Assembly (NCBI GenBank): GCA_028277285.1
Contig: JANQGO010000221.1
Location: 1-59,484 of the forward strand
Length of the DNA stretch: 59,484 bases
Direction: 5' to 3'
Origin: Alphaproteobacteria bacterium
GTDB taxonomy: Bacteria; Pseudomonadota; Alphaproteobacteria; SP197
Position numbers and translations under genes: made by a program. The notes under the pieces are model-generated. The model worked only from the letters and a program-made list of their open reading frames with translations. It was not told where the DNA came from and searched no databases. Position 1 is the first letter of the stretch. Each line of letters begins with the position of its first letter. Positions 58,679 through 59,484 of the stretch are shown piece by piece.

Positions 58679-59484
58679 GGGTCCCCAGGCACCCGCGCCA
58701 GGGGGACGATCACGGGGGCGCCACCGACATGGTCGCGATGCGCCACGATGCCGTAATGCTTGCGCAGCGCAGCATCGGTCAGAGTCGCCGCCGGCGGACC
58801 GTCGCCGACCACGCTGCCGCCGGCCATCAACACCAGACGATCGCAGAAGCGCGCCGCGAGCGTGAGATCATGCAGCACCACCGCCACCGCGACGCCGCGC
58901 GCCGCCTCATGGCGCAGCGTGGCCATGACATCCAGGGCGTGGGCGGGATCAAGGCCCGCGATCGGCTCGTCGACCAGCAGGACGGGTGCTTGAACCGCCA
59001 GCGCGCGGGCCAGGGCGACACGGGCGCGTTCGCCGCCGGACAGTGTCGTGACGCGCCGGTTGCCAAGATCCGCGAGATCGCAACGTTCCATGACGTCGCC
59101 AACGATGTCGCGGCCTTGCGGTGTCAGCGTGCCGGTCTCGCCGTGGGGCAGGCGGCCCAGCGCGACCACGGCGGCGACGGGCATGGCCCAGGCGACCTCA
59201 CGGTCCTGCGCCAGATAGGCGATGCGGCGCGCCCGTTCACCCGCGCTCATGCCGCCCAGTGGTGCGCCGTCAACGGCGATCGCGCCGCCGTCCACCGCTT
59301 GAAGACCGCAAAGGGCGCGCAACAAGGTCGTCTTGCCGGCGCCGTTGGGACCGATCACGCCGACGATGCCGCCAGCGGGGAGCTTGAACGAGAGGTTCTC
59401 GATCAGCAGCTTGTCCTCGAACGCTTTGGACAGGCCGTCGGCCTCGACGACCACGTCGCCCAGCCGCGGTCCCGGGGCGATGTA
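58675..59484 (-). CDS. ABC ATPase: Fe-siderophore/cobalamin type after Walker A, EttA-like before it; 5' part outside the window
   Basis: The frame is open to the window end: YIAPGPRLGDVVVEADGLSKAFEDKLLIENLSFKLPAGGIVGVIGPNGAGKTT (EttA-like), then ARRIAYLAQ, VALGRLPH, LSGGERARV and LHDL..AARFCD (FepC/BtuD-like). Confidence 0.75.
   Translation of the reverse strand, partial: YIAPGPRLGDVVVEADGLSKAFEDKLLIENLSFKLPAGGIVGVIGPNGAGKTTLLRALCGLQAVDGGAIAVDGAPLGGMSAGERARRIAYLAQDREVAWAMPVAAVVALGRLPHGETGTLTPQGRDIVGDVMERCDLADLGNRRVTTLSGGERARVALARALAVQAPVLLVDEPIAGLDPAHALDVMATLRHEAARGVAVAVVLHDLTLAARFCDRLVLMAGGSVVGDGPPAATLTDAALRKHYGIVAHRDHVGGAPVIVPLARVPGDP

Noticed and set aside
1-59484. CRISPR array, cas genes, rRNA, tRNA, transposase or defence genes
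   Set aside because: I saw no regularly spaced repeats or recognisable motifs by eye. Short RNAs could have been missed.

Overview
A GC-rich bacterial chromosomal segment, probably alphaproteobacterial (inferred from gene content and regulatory motifs). It is a mosaic of metabolic and homeostasis modules. In order: an arylsulfatase followed by a MoxR/DUF58/VWA (Bat-type) operon, where moxR carries an in-frame amber stop; an outer-membrane barrel gene and an acyl-CoA dehydrogenase; a 7-gene Mrp Na+/H+ antiporter operon flanked by DUF465, a Usp and an OxyR-like LysR regulator that lacks the peroxidatic Cys, with two copies of a 47-bp operator-like motif; a catabolic region (GGT, MmsB-like, ALDH, MJ0158-like PLP enzyme, D-glutamate cyclase-like, non-Pyl MttB, GcvT-family oxidoreductase, MetR-like LysR, class III aminotransferase, DapA-family); a heme uptake locus with Fur-like boxes (TonB/ExbBD, HemP, receptor, HmuTUV, ABM monooxygenase) and a nested palindromic element inserted in frame at the exbB/exbD junction; a hydantoinase A-like gene, ppc and an amidohydrolase; a Usp/ADH/Xis-like HTH/CPA2 antiporter module with an FNR/FixK-like box; an unusual split glutamate-synthase/N-methylglutamate-synthase-like operon (GlxB, GlxC-GlxD fusion, GltD-GlxD' fusion) behind a sigma54-like promoter; and a TonB/ABC operon whose ATPase is chimeric with EttA at the window edge. 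I recognised no rRNA, tRNA, CRISPR array, integrase or transposase. All family calls come from motif recognition by eye, not from database searches.
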